A stretch of DNA of 64,000 nucleotides. Source: Eledone cirrhosa. Its lineage: Eukaryota. Of the stretch, positions 12,042 through 23,420 are shown piece by piece. The stretch covers positions 252,464,001 through 252,528,000 of the forward strand of contig OZ024742.1 of assembly GCA_964016885.1 (NCBI GenBank). Reading direction: 5' to 3'. The first letter of the stretch is position 1. Each line of letters starts with the position of its first letter. Made by a program: the position numbers and the translations under genes. The notes beneath the pieces were generated by a model, which saw nothing but the letters and a program-made list of their open reading frames with translations, searched no databases and was not told where the DNA came from.

Positions 12042-14297
12042 ACTCAAGTTTCCTCTTTCTAAAGAAAGAAAAGCAAGCACATGCAGAAAACCAACTGCAA
12101 AAATGTAAAAGATAAAAATCAAAAACAAGCAAGTAAACAAAAAGAAAAAAAATATATAAGACCAACAACCAAAATGAAAGTCAATCAAAATGACATCTAT
12201 AAATCAATAGCCAAATCAAATATTTGGGTCATTGATTATTGCATTGCAGCGTGGAGGTAACAGGACGTGTGAGTTGTCAGGGACTGTAATACTGCAAAGA
12301 GAAACACTGAGAAAATCCTAAGAACTATCAACAATATTAACGATTTAACATTCATTTCAAAATCATGAAAAAGTATGTGATATGATTAAAGGGGTGAGTT
12401 TGTGAGAGGGGATCATTGTGCCTACAATAAAGACTAGCCTGCCGATTCACTAAAGAGACAATTCATTGGAGACAAGATTCTTGTTAGTTGGGAGCAGGTG
12501 TTAATAAATAGGAATCAAGGAAAAGAAGAGAAAGAAAGAAAGAAAGACATTACTCCTTTCATTAAACACAGTTGGAGGACAAGTCGATTGTATACTGATT
12601 CAATAACTGAATATCGAACCTTCATAGCTTCTCAATTGTGCTTAACTCTGTACTTGTTGTTGCTGTTTAGTGCCATGGCAATCCTGATCCAGCAGATATA
12701 TGGTCAAAGGCATTCCAGCCATGACCACGCATGTCATTTTCCTACAGCTATCTAGGACTACATTATCCAATATATCCTTTATTTTAATAAGATGAGGGTA
12801 TGATTTGAGGGAAATTTCTCTGTTATTTTTAGCAGTTCAATTGACCACATAGAAGCTTCTTTTTATTGTTATGGTATAAGCTTGGTACTTCTTGATTGGG
12901 CAACTTTCCATGGAATAGTTCTTGTTAGTTTTGATGATGAGTGTTCCAGTTGTTTGATCAACAGAACTGCATTCAGCATGCCACAGTGTGTAATTGAACA
13001 TTCCACAGGCATGTATGCCCTTAATGTAATTCTCAGGGAGATTTGGCATCACACAGTGTGGGACAAAGCTTACCTTTAGAATTACAGGTACAGTCCATCT
13101 GAGAGGTTTCCAGACAATTTCCGTCTACCCAGTAACACACACAAGGCTTGGGAAAATCCAAGACTATGGTAAATGATATGTACCCATGATACTGCTTCCA
13201 CAAGACCTCTATGACATTTAAGAAATCAGTCAAATGATTTGGTACAATCCATAGATGCGTTGCTCTAGATATTCCATGACTCTAACTAGGCAAACGTCTA
13301 ATATTAACCTTGATTGAGAAGACCTAAGATAAAAGTCATTCCTGTTGCAACCATCACATTTTTTAATGATATGTAGAACAATATCCAATATATATTTTCT
13401 TTATCCAAGATGGTAGGATGTGACTAGTGGGTGATTTGGCTGTCATTTCTAGCAAAGTGAGAGACTGTGTAGAGCAGTCCTTTCTAAATTGACGTGCTAA
13501 AATTCATTCCAGGGAGTAGTTGGAATGGTTTCAGGGTAAATGTTTGTAATTTACAAAATATGTGCAATTAATGAATTAGAATGTTTCTAAAAAAATAATA
13601 AATAAACTAAAAACGTATGTGTTACACACACATCACAATCTTCATTTTATTACCTGTCTCTCTCTTCAGTGGTGGTATAACTTTCCCATGCCACTGCTTC
13701 TTGCTTATATCTGTATCTTCCTTAATTTACTCATGGCCACACACATACATATGTAGCAAAGTTATACAAAAAACAACAAAAACAAGGAAATATGTCAGAT
13801 GAATGAACAAAGCATCCGTCTTTCTCATCAGCCACTTCCCCTGGACAATGGAATTTCGTGCATAAGGTGGTGTTGCATTATATTGATCCCAGGTCATACA
13901 ACAGCTTAGAATAAGCCACCACAAAGATGCATGTGAAACAACACAACAACATAGAGACAGGGTACACCAAGTAGCCTGATTGTGTTGTGTTGTGTCTATT
14001 CATTAACTTGTCTTATTTTTGCCACTTGTATTATAATAATATATCTTACTATACATATATATCCCTTTGAACTGAAAATAATCATTGTACCAACTCAAAT
14101 ATACAGATTACCTCTGTCTGTTGGGCTGTTAAAGGTAGTGAATTGGCAGAGTTGGTAGAGGATCAAATAAAAGTGCCTTAGTATTTGTCCTGACTCACTG
14201 TGCTCTGAGTCCAAATCCCACTGAAGTCAACTTTGCTTCTCATCCTTTTAAGATCGATAAATAAAGTACCAGTCAAATACTGAGGTTGATTTTTCAG

Positions 14298-14578
14298 TGA
14301 AGGCTCGTGGCTTAGTGGTTTGGGTATTTGACTCACAATCATAAAGCTGGAAGTTCAATTCCTGGTCATGTATTGTGTCTTTGAGCAAGATACTTCATTT
14401 TGCATTGAGTTGTACCCGTAGTTTGATGGGTCAGCAGTGTTACTCACTGTCATGCTGAATCACCCAGAGAACTATATTGAGGGTGAATACGTCTGCTGAA
14501 TGCTCAGCCACTTGCACATTAAGCAGGCTGTTCTATAGTACAAAAAACTAGAACACTCATCATTGAAACTGGTAAAGG
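14298..14578 (+). mobile_element. tRNA-derived SINE, family B (related copies at ~12870-13205 -, 25140-25415 -, 46900-47200 +, 54000-54292 +, 55040-55350 -)
   Basis: gtggcttagtgg A box, agttcaattcc B box, ttgagcaaga motif, shared tgctcagccacttgcac body. Confidence 0.75.
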
Positions 14579-15044
14579 ATCATCATAGGTGCTGTATATA
14601 GTTGTTCATGGTTTCATTTAACTGTGACCAAAGTTACTATAGTAACAGTGCAAGTTAAGTTACCAATGAAAGCTATCATGATCAGGAAGCAGAATGACAA
14701 ATATTTTCTGTATGATTTTACATCTGTCAATGACAACCTTGGTGGCCCTGATTTTCATCTCTATGTTTTGCAACTTCATAATGTGCAATTCAAATTTAAA
14801 ACCTGCAAGATTGCAGGAGCATTTAAAACACAAACACCTTGATGAGGTTTATTCAGCCAGATGACTTCAAACCTTGCTTAATGCAATTAAAAAGGAACCT
14901 TTTGACACCTTGGATTTCATCTGTCACTAAAATTAGTTCTACAATTCACATTTGAAAGAACATAGATTAATATTTAATAAAAAAATTTCTGTGTAAAAAT
15001 AATAATTTTTTTGTAAAAAATTGTACTTTCGAAGTGAAGCACTG

Positions 15045-15360
15045 AGGAATTATGAAACTTAGAAAATATAAGAAGCTCAAATGCAGAAATAATTGTAAAT
15101 ACAGCCGATTGCTAAAAATAATAGCTTAGAAAATTGTGTAAAAAAGTAGCCAGCTGAAGTCATTTAGCTCAATGGTTAGAGGAGTCAGTCAGTATCTGAA
15201 AGATATGGAGTTCAATTCTCCATAGCAGCAGCTGGGCACCTTTTCCATCTATTGGGATATTTTACTTGATTTTCTGTCTATTATTTGTAACAATCAACTA
15301 TGTTTACAATTATTTCTACATCTGAGTTTCTTACATCTTCTATTAGCTTCATAATTTCTT
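15045..15360. mobile_element. ~100-bp inverted repeats enclosing a tRNA-like sequence
   Basis: Arms at 15045-15143 and 15258-15360. The centre has TAGCTCAATGGTTAGA and GGAGTTCAATTCTCC. Confidence 0.7.
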
Positions 15361-15400
15361 TATTTATTATTTATTTACTTATGTGTAGAAATAATAATAA

Positions 15401-15588
15401 TTGTTTCTACTTTTGGCACAAGGCCAGCAATTACCCAGTGTATTACTGGTACTTTATTTTATCGACCCCGTAAGGATGAAAGGCAAAGTTAACCTCGGCG
15501 GAATTTGAAATCAGAATGGCAAGGGCCGTAACTCTATACGTCAAAGCATGGCGTCCGACCCTCTACCGATACTGCCAATCTACCGCCC
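15401..15588 (-). mobile_element. Full-length family A SINE with target site duplication
   Basis: TSD tgtagaaataataataa at 15384-15400 and 15589-15605. Confidence 0.9.
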
Positions 15589-16139
15589 TGTAGAAATAAT
15601 AATAATAAGCTTGTTTTATGTTGCTATGATACTCAGATTTGAATGTATATAACTTAACTGAACACAAAATATAAGTTGTCTTCATTCTTATTATCTTGTT
15701 GCTTTATTTTATAATAGATTTATATTGAAATTGGGAGGGGAGGAGGGATGGAGCATGAGGCAAGCAAGCTTACCTCCTTTAATCCGAATTGCTACAGAAA
15801 TGGTGAAAGTTGCATAGTGCTCTCTGGAAGACAAAGGGAATTAAGGAAAAGAAGAAGATATCTTCAGAGGAAATGATTAAAGTATTGTCTCTTAAAATAG
15901 AAAACTTGTGCATGGGCAAGAAGCAGCAAAGAAAATTCAAGCAAATTCTTTCTCCAAGGATACCATTGTGAATTAAGTTGGTGAAATGAGTGGTGACAAA
16001 CAAAATTAAATGATGGCCATGTTTTACCAGTGTTCAAATGGATGAATTGACTGATATCTCAAACATGAGCCAATTAGTTGTGTATACCAGATACATACAT
16101 GATTGAATCATGAGATTCTATTTTCTAAACAAATAGCTT

Positions 16140-16500
16140 TGGAGTAACATTACTTGATAGAATGCGTAGCTCAGAGATCAGGGAGTCACTCCAGGTAGAG
16201 ACATTACTTCTCTGAATTGATCAATCACAGCTCTGATACTACAGACATGTGGTCAGAATGTCTCAGGGAAGAATCACTGGACAGATTTTATGGGCAAAAC
16301 CAACCAGCAGGAGACCCAGGGAGAGACCTTGAGTAAGATGACTGAATAACATCCATGAGCTTGGTTGGCTTCGCCTGGGGATCCAGCCGGATCAATTGGA
16401 GACAGTTACTTCTGACAGAACCTTCTGGAAGGCATGCGTGAGGACTCTGCCATCATCATCTTCCCAGGAATAAGTTGTCAAAGAAGATGAAGAAGAGAAG
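16140..16500 (+). mobile_element. RTE-like LINE 3' fragment, second family with (AAG)n-like tail
   Basis: Homologous to 59266-59830 and to 55405-55605 (-). Decayed HVVRM and RPRERP motifs. Confidence 0.7.
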
Positions 16501-16712
16501 AATTGCTAAGCACTACTAAAATTGTTGATATTTTCTGTCTCCTTGACAATTCTATTTATCATGATGAACTGGTGTGAAACAATACATATACAGTTCAGCA
16601 AACTCTGACAAGAGTTTAAAAGGATTTAAAATTCTAGTAAGTTTGATATGCAACCTATGCTGCCAAGGATTTAGGGTTATCTTTTGAGTGTCAATACACA
16701 GCTATGTTTTAA

Positions 16713-17161
16713 CCCTTTCAATACCAAACCCCCTGAAACCACCTCTGGTTTCATGATACAGGACTGTTTATTTGAACTTGTTTATCATCATGTGTTTAAC
16801 ATCAATTTTCTTTGATTGCATGGGTTAGACAATTTGTCATATTATAAAGTGAGACAGGTCAGGTGGCCATATTTTGCTCATATGATCTGTTTATGGCTTG
16901 ATTTTCTATGGCTGAATGTGCTTCCTAATGCCAACCACATTACAGCATGTACCAGGAGCTTTCTTTGTGGCACCACCTTATATCTATCTAAAAACTTTCC
17001 ATCGTAATTTTATGTAAATAATTTTGTTAAGTTGTGGTTCAAATATCAGATAAATAATGAGAAAACTGGTTATATTTCTAAATCCCTGCAAATTCTCGGT
17101 TATTGCAAAATGACTTGAAAATTACAAGCAACCTTTCATTAGTAATATGGTAACAAAAGGG
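16713..17161. mobile_element. piggyBac-type MITE, family 2, with an internal retroposon-tail insertion (~16785-16975)
   Basis: TTAA-ccctttc ... aaaaggg-TTAA. Body shared with 37714-37962. Confidence 0.7.
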
Positions 17162-17570
17162 TTAAACTCATAAGCATTCCTTTCTACAGCTTCAAGCTAT
17201 GTTGATATGTTAATATCACTATAATGGTTGTCAAATTAACATCAATATGTAAATTATTTGGTATATGACTATGATCTGTTTCTTCTTGGTCTCACAGTGG
17301 GGGAGTTAAACATATCTTCATAAGAGCTATATCAAATCAAAAGTTACAGTAAGATTGTTATTTGTGCCATGCTGGGAAAAGTATGAAGTATATCTACTAA
17401 GTTTCATTCCACATGTAAATGTTTAAATCATAAACTTACATGCCCCCCCCCCCCCCCCCCCCTACACACACACACATGTATATATAAAAAAAAATATATA
17501 TATATATATATAATCAAGGTTTAGCAAATAAGAAAAAGTTTTAAAATAAATTTTAAAAAGTTTACTCTAC

Positions 17571-17640
17571 CTGCTGTAATTACCCTTACCGTACGGTTTC
17601 GTGTCTCAAAATAAATGGATAGTCCATGCAGAAAATCCAT
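17571..17640 (-). CDS. Possible first coding exon (MDFLHGLSIYFETRNRTVRVITA) of the minus-strand gene
   Basis: ATG preceded by an in-frame stop. Two candidate donors: ACG|GTAAGG at 17590 and CAG|GTAGAG at 17571. Lies in a CpG-retaining unique segment. Confidence 0.35.
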
Positions 17641-17890
17641 TGAAAAGAAAGACTCTTGTCAGAGGGTTCTATTCACTCGGAGAATATAAAATTCCTGAGT
17701 TCAAATCACGAACTGGCGCTATTCAAAATTGTCTCCGTGATGAGAGTGTATGATAAAGAAGCAATTCTGTCTAGTGCCGTGTGCAAAGATAGAAGGCAGA
17801 GGCGGAAAGGTCAATCTACTACCACTAGAAATAGCAGCAGTTAAAACGACCAAAATGTTATCTCGACCAGGGGAGATTAATAATAATAAG
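17640..17890. promoter_or_regulatory. Candidate divergent promoter/first-exon region
   Basis: Unique CpG-retaining sequence with outward-facing donors: minus strand at 17590/17571 and plus strand AAG|GTATGT at 17890, after ATG 17855 (MLSRPGEINNNK). Confidence 0.3.
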
Positions 17891-18129
17891 GTATGTATCC
17901 CTACATGCAAAATACATATAGGAACACATGTATTATCCAACCGTATGCTAATGTCGTTCTATGGCAGGTTAATAAATTAACGAGCCAGAACATATATAAT
18001 CATAAATATATATATATATATATGAATGTATATATAGTGTATTTTGCAATACACTGTATGCTTAATTAAAAGCATTTTGAAGACCTTACGCTATTGTTTT
18101 AGAGTAGAGACAGTCTCACTTACTTTAAA

Positions 18130-18223
18130 TTTTCAGCAATCAGGGGGAGATAAAGTTGACAGAGCTCTGTTTCGTACTATTTGGTACTTATCAAAGCTAA
18201 GTACTCCACCTGTCTGCTGAAAA
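18130..18223 (-). ncRNA. Decayed type I hammerhead ribozyme
   Basis: Minus strand: TTGATAA-gtac(caaata)gtac-GAAA-cagagctct-GTC. Long interrupted stem I (ttttcagca/tgctgaaaa, ggag/ctcc). The core deviates from CTGANGA at two positions. Confidence 0.65.
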
Positions 18224-18605
18224 TCATGAATGTTTGATTCTTATAGAATTCTAGTAATAATCAGGAACTGATTATACAGAGTGGTTGCCGGTCAAGCAGA
18301 AATTGAAAATTAGAATTGGTGCTCTGAAATAACGATATATATATATATATGTACATAGTGAAGGCATGTGGCTGAGTGGTAAGAGAATTGGATTCACAAT
18401 CGTGAGGTTGTGAGTTCGATTCCTGGACCAGGCGATGTGTTATGTCCTTGAGCAAGACACTTTATTTCACGTTGCTCCTTCTACCTGGAGTTGCAACTGA
18501 TAGATAGTATTAGCAATTGGAAAGACCAACGGAAACATTGTTTCCTTGGTCCGATTTGATGAAAGTCGATCGTTCCTATATATATGTATATATATATATA
18601 TATAT

Positions 18606-18946
18606 GGAGGCACATGGCTTAGTGGTTAGAGCATTGGCCTTGCAATCGAAAGGTTGTGAGTTCAATTCTCAGACCGGGTGATGTGTTGTTTCCTTGAGCA
18701 AGGCACTTTATTTCACATTGCTCCAGTTTACTCAGCTGTAGAAATGAGATGATAGGGACAGGGGCCCCTATCATTCCACTGCAAAGTAGTCGTGGAGGTG
18801 CCATGGCAAAAAAGCATCCACCACTCACTGTAAATGAGGTTGGTGTTAGGAAGGGCATCCAGCTGTAGAAATCAAGCCAGAATCAGTTCCCGTCCCACCC
18901 TTGCAAGCAGGGAGAAGCGGACGTAAAATGAAATGATGATGATGAT
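18606..18946 (+). mobile_element. Full-length tRNA-derived SINE with RTE-like 3' end and (ATG)n tail (further copies at 19608-19971 - and 24177-24552 -)
   Basis: ggaggcacatggcttagtggttagagc head; ggttggtgttaggaagggcatcca is shared with the RTE 3' UTR at ~33266. Flanked by (TA)n. Confidence 0.9.
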
Positions 18947-19007
18947 ATATATATATATATGTGTATATATATATATGTGTATATATATATATGTGTGTAT
19001 ATATATA

Positions 19008-19048
<41 letters not shown>

Positions 19049-19974
19049 TCATCATCATCATCATCATTTTACGCCTGCTTTTCCCTGCTTGCATGGGTTA
19101 TATATATATAGTAATAATAATTATAATAATAATTATATATATATAGTAGTAATAATAATACAAAGACTCCTTCATTATGTTTATTGGTTGGTGACACGCG
19201 TTTCGCTACTGATCAGCTCAAGGTTTGATCTGTATCAATCTGACCCGACTCTGGAATCATGAAGGAGTAATGAAGGAGTAACCATTCGTCCTTGTATTAT
19301 TATATTACACTTGCCATTCTGAGTTCAAATCCCGCCGAGGTTAACTTTGCCTTTCATCCTTTCGAGGTCGATAAAATAAAGTACCAGTAATGCACTGGGT
19401 AATTGCTGGCCTTGTGCCAAAAGTAGAAACAATTATTGTATTACACTCTGTCTAGCTCTACACCTCGATACAGACGTGAACCTAAACACCGAGTGCTCAC
19501 CTGGGTGAACCTACAGTAACTCCGCATTACTCTCCCTGGATATATATATATATATATATATTTTTATAGATGCTAGTCCCATTAACCTCTTATTATATAT
19601 ATATATATCATCATCATCACCATTTTACGTCTGTTCTTCCACGCTAGCATGGGTTAGACGGATTGTCCTGTTGTGGGCAGTGTCCGGTCGCCTGACCTTC
19701 TCTTGCTCATACGGGAACTGATTCTGGCTTGATTTCTACAGCTGGATGCCCTTCCTAACACCAACCTCATTTACAGTGAGTGCTGGGTGCTTTTTCCGTG
19801 GCGCCTACACGTCCACTTTACAGTGTGGGCTGGGTGCTTTTTTGCCGTGGCGCCTCCACAACTTTGCAGTGGAATGATAGGGACCCCAGTCCTATCATCT
19901 CGTTTCTATAGTTGAGTAAAATAGAGCAATGTGAAATAAAGTGTCTTGCTCAAGGAAACAACACATCACCCAAT

Positions 19975-20006
<32 letters not shown>

Positions 20007-20136
20007 CTGTAAAATCCCGACTGCAGCGCCAAGCAGTTTCAGCTTGTTTTTACATATCTCTAGACCCACTCTGCATCTCCCCATACACATTGAGTACTCC
20101 CATGATTAGTGCTCTTCCTGGTCTCAGCACCGCAGA

Positions 20137-20204
<68 letters not shown>

Positions 20205-20262
20205 TAAGTATTTCCATAGAAAAGGTAAAGGAAAGAAGAGTGCTCTATGTATTGTACAGAGC

Positions 20263-20395
20263 TATTTGATTACATAATAAACAACACAATATAATTATTT
20301 CATTACCAAACTAGATGATTCTTGTAAGAACCATCTAGTTTCTTGAAACTTTTGATAATGAAATAATTATATTGTATTGTTTATTGTGTAATTAA

Positions 20396-20398
<3 letters not shown>
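20263..20398. repeat. Long AT-rich hairpin with a nested inner hairpin
   Basis: ~48-bp arms plus an internal aaactagatgattctt/aagaaccatctagttt stem. Confidence 0.85.
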
Positions 20399-20455
<57 letters not shown>

Positions 20456-20470
20456 TCTAGTCTATTTCCA

Positions 20471-20557
20471 TGTCAGTACTGGTAGAGTGAATGTCACTGA
20501 TGAATGATTAATTAATCTTGAAACAGCACTGTCTGGCATTCTTGACTGCTACTGACA
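20471..20557 (+). ncRNA. Type I hammerhead ribozyme with intact core
   Basis: gaatgtca-CTGATGA-atgatt(aatt)aatctt-GAAA-cagcact-GTC-tggcattc; distal stem I tgtcagta/tactgaca. Confidence 0.8.
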
Positions 20558-21164
20558 CTCTGTGATATGTTCAAAGATAAAAATAGAGAAAAAATTTTTT
20601 TCTTTATGACAATTTTTTTTTAGAACTAGGCTAACAATATGTTTATTGTATATAAAAATATAATAGTATATGCTTTTATACACACACCTATTATGCTTAA
20701 TTGCTGTAATAGCTGTAATAGTGCAACTGTTAATTAAATATACTTTAGAACACTGACTTTTTAAATACATTTCTACAAATCATAGTATCAAAATGAACTT
20801 ATAGTATGCTGTTCAAACAATATCAAGGTATAAATAAAGATATTAAATTATATCTAACATTAAAACAGTGTTTCAATAGTAGTTCACATAAAGTAAGAAA
20901 TATGTGTTCCTTGTTTATTCACTCATCAGATAATTTAATCTATATATGTTTATATTTATATTTCCTCTGTATTGCACTTTCCTGTAAGAAAATAGATAAC
21001 CTTATATATGGAACATCATTATTACTTTCCTTTAGGCTATTGATATTATTTGAGATGATACTTATATTATCCTCTTGGCACTAACCTAGATAGTGGTTAC
21101 ATGCAGTAGAGAAAAGCAGATTAAATTCGTGTGTGTCTGTGTGTGTGGGTGGGGGGGGGGGGGG

Positions 21165-21261
<97 letters not shown>

Positions 21262-21474
21262 TGTGCATGGGAGGGGACATATCTGTATGTGCACATATGA
21301 GTCAATGTGCTTTATGTGTATGTGTCTATGTATGTATATATTATGACTGTGACAAAAATAATTTTATATGCAAATTCTGTATGTGGATTATATTTTGAAA
21401 ACAAAAATTGACCAAAATGTTGCATTTTATTTATCATGGTGCACCAGTGTTCCTGCCTTATGTCTATATATTTT

Positions 21475-21568
21475 TCTTCTTCTTCTTCTTCTTCTTCTTC
21501 TTCTTCTTCTTCTTCTTCTTCTTCTTCTTCTTCTTCTTCTTCTTCTTCTTCTTCTTCATCATCATCAT
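21475..21568. repeat. (TTC)n microsatellite running into (ATC)n
   Basis: Direct reading. Confidence 0.95.
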
Positions 21569-22170
21569 CCTTTTCCATCTGTTTTTCTATGATTGCATGG
21601 TTTGGATGGGTCTTTTCCAGCAGTCTCCTTTCACTTGTTGCATTCCTTCATCATCACCTCTATGAAGTTCAGTGTTTTGTGATCCACTCTCACCACTTTT
21701 TCCCAGGTCATCTTTGACATTCCTTCATTACCGTTTTCTTCCACTAGCATTTTCTGGTACTTCTTCAACCAACAATCATCATCTATATGCATCACATGAT
21801 TATACTAGTTCAGTCTTATACCATGTTTTTTCTCTCAACTCATTCATGCTTCATGCTAGCATCACATACCTGTTAGAGCATGCTTTTTTTCCTCTCTCTC
21901 CAGTTTTTGCATATCTTCTGTATTCACTGCTTATGTTCTACATCCATGCAACACCACACTTTGCATGCTTAATAGAATTGGCCTTTCATTTGCAGAGCGA
22001 AACCTTTCTTTTGTTAACAGAGATAGTAGCTCACTGAACTTTTTTCATCCTGTTCTTATTCTAACTACTTTGCTTTCAGAGCAACTTCCTCCAAACTTAA
22101 TTAGGTCATCTAGGTAACAGAAGCTATAAACTACTTCTATGGATCCTTCCTGGATTATTTCACTGGAACT
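21560..22170 (-). mobile_element. Old RTE LINE 3' fragment (similar fragments at ~25920-26430, ~42950-43414 and ~63000-63645)
   Basis: Decayed GSIEVVYSFCYLDDLI motif homologous to the ORF at 32437-32490; (ATG)n tail. Confidence 0.7.
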
Positions 22171-23244
22171 CTTACTACTAAGATTATTCTCAGATTCCAT
22201 CTAGAAACATACTGTATATTTTATTCAACAAATTCCAGTTGAATTATATTATGTTTGCAATAAAAAAAAGAAAAAAAAAAAGAGGAAAAAATTAAGTAGC
22301 GAAAGTAAGGGAAAGGAGGAGAGAGTGACAGTCTAAGTACTATTACAAAAAGAAAAAAAAAGAGAAAATTTAGTGTGCTCCACGGAAAAGACCACAAAAG
22401 CATTCCCATGGACAATGGCCAGCGACACCTGCTGCAACAGCAACCCCCAGCTCGCGGGGCTCTCTCCTCAGACGGGCCGTCGACGTTCCAATCTTGCAGA
22501 GGAGCTTAACTGTAAAGTAAGTACTATAGCTCAGTTGTACCTTGCAGACAAAAGAGTGAAGGTATTTCTGTAGAGAACAGCCAGCATCACCCACTGCATT
22601 GGCTACTCCACCTCACAGGGCTCTTTTCTAAGGCGGGATGCCAATTTTGTGGAGAAAATGGCAGTTCAGAGACTGAAGACACTAGAGGTCACAACAATGA
22701 TAGGCACAAAAAGGAAGCAGTTGTTGAAGTTTTAGTATTTGAATATTCTATATTTAATTTGTTTGTTGTGATGATTTCATATTTAAAACTTTCAAATTGA
22801 AATGTTGATAAAAGATATCCTAGTCCACAACAGCAAAGCTTGAAGCTTCAGTTTGTTACCTACCTGAAGCTGTATTGTTTAATGGATACATACATAGATG
22901 CTTGATTAAGATGTTTGCTTGGCAACTAAATTGTTCTGCATCTAATCCTATTGTAATGCATTACAGGTAAGTTCCTTCTACTTTAGCTTTGGGTTAATTA
23001 ATGCATTCATCATCATTTATCACCAATTTTCAAGGGTCGGCTGAGTTATCACAAACCAAGTCAGTACTTAACCAAAGATACTAACCTCACTGACAGGCCA
23101 GAGACCACATCTTGCTTACATATGTTCCTGCACTCTACTGAATATCCAGGGTGAATTTTATCATGATACCAGCACTATAGGGATGTTGTCCTGTCTTTGG
23201 AAACAACTGAAGTATTTTTCTCAACCCTTTGTTTGGCAAGTTTT

Positions 23245-23420
23245 TTCTGACTGGATGTGTTTCCTATTACCAACTACTTTACAGAGTGTACTGGAAATGT
23301 TTTCTATGGCTGGATGTCCTTTCTATCACCAAGCACTTTACAGAATGTATTGGGAGCATTTTTATGGCTGGATACCCTTCCTTTCACCAAGCACTATATA
23401 GAGTGTACTATGGACGCTTT
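23245..23420 (-). repeat. Three tandem ~59-bp copies of the RTE/SINE tail motif
   Basis: (g)gctggatg..ct..c....accaa..acttta cagagtgta repeated three times. Confidence 0.75.

Larger units (their letters stand above)
14680..16590 (+). pseudogene. Fragmented hAT (Charlie/Buster-like) transposase fossil; pieces at ~14680-14930, ~15960-16135 and ~16500-16590
   Basis: Translations: FCNFIMCNSNLKPARLQEHLKHKH (BED-like), VQMDELTDISNMSQLVVYTRYIHD (cf. LQLDESTD..AQLLVFVRY) and LLSTTKIVDIFCLLDN, in colinear order. Confidence 0.75.

Noticed and set aside
18606-18680. tRNA gene calls for SINE heads
   Set aside because: A/B boxes are present but followed by SINE bodies; no proper acceptor stem or terminator.
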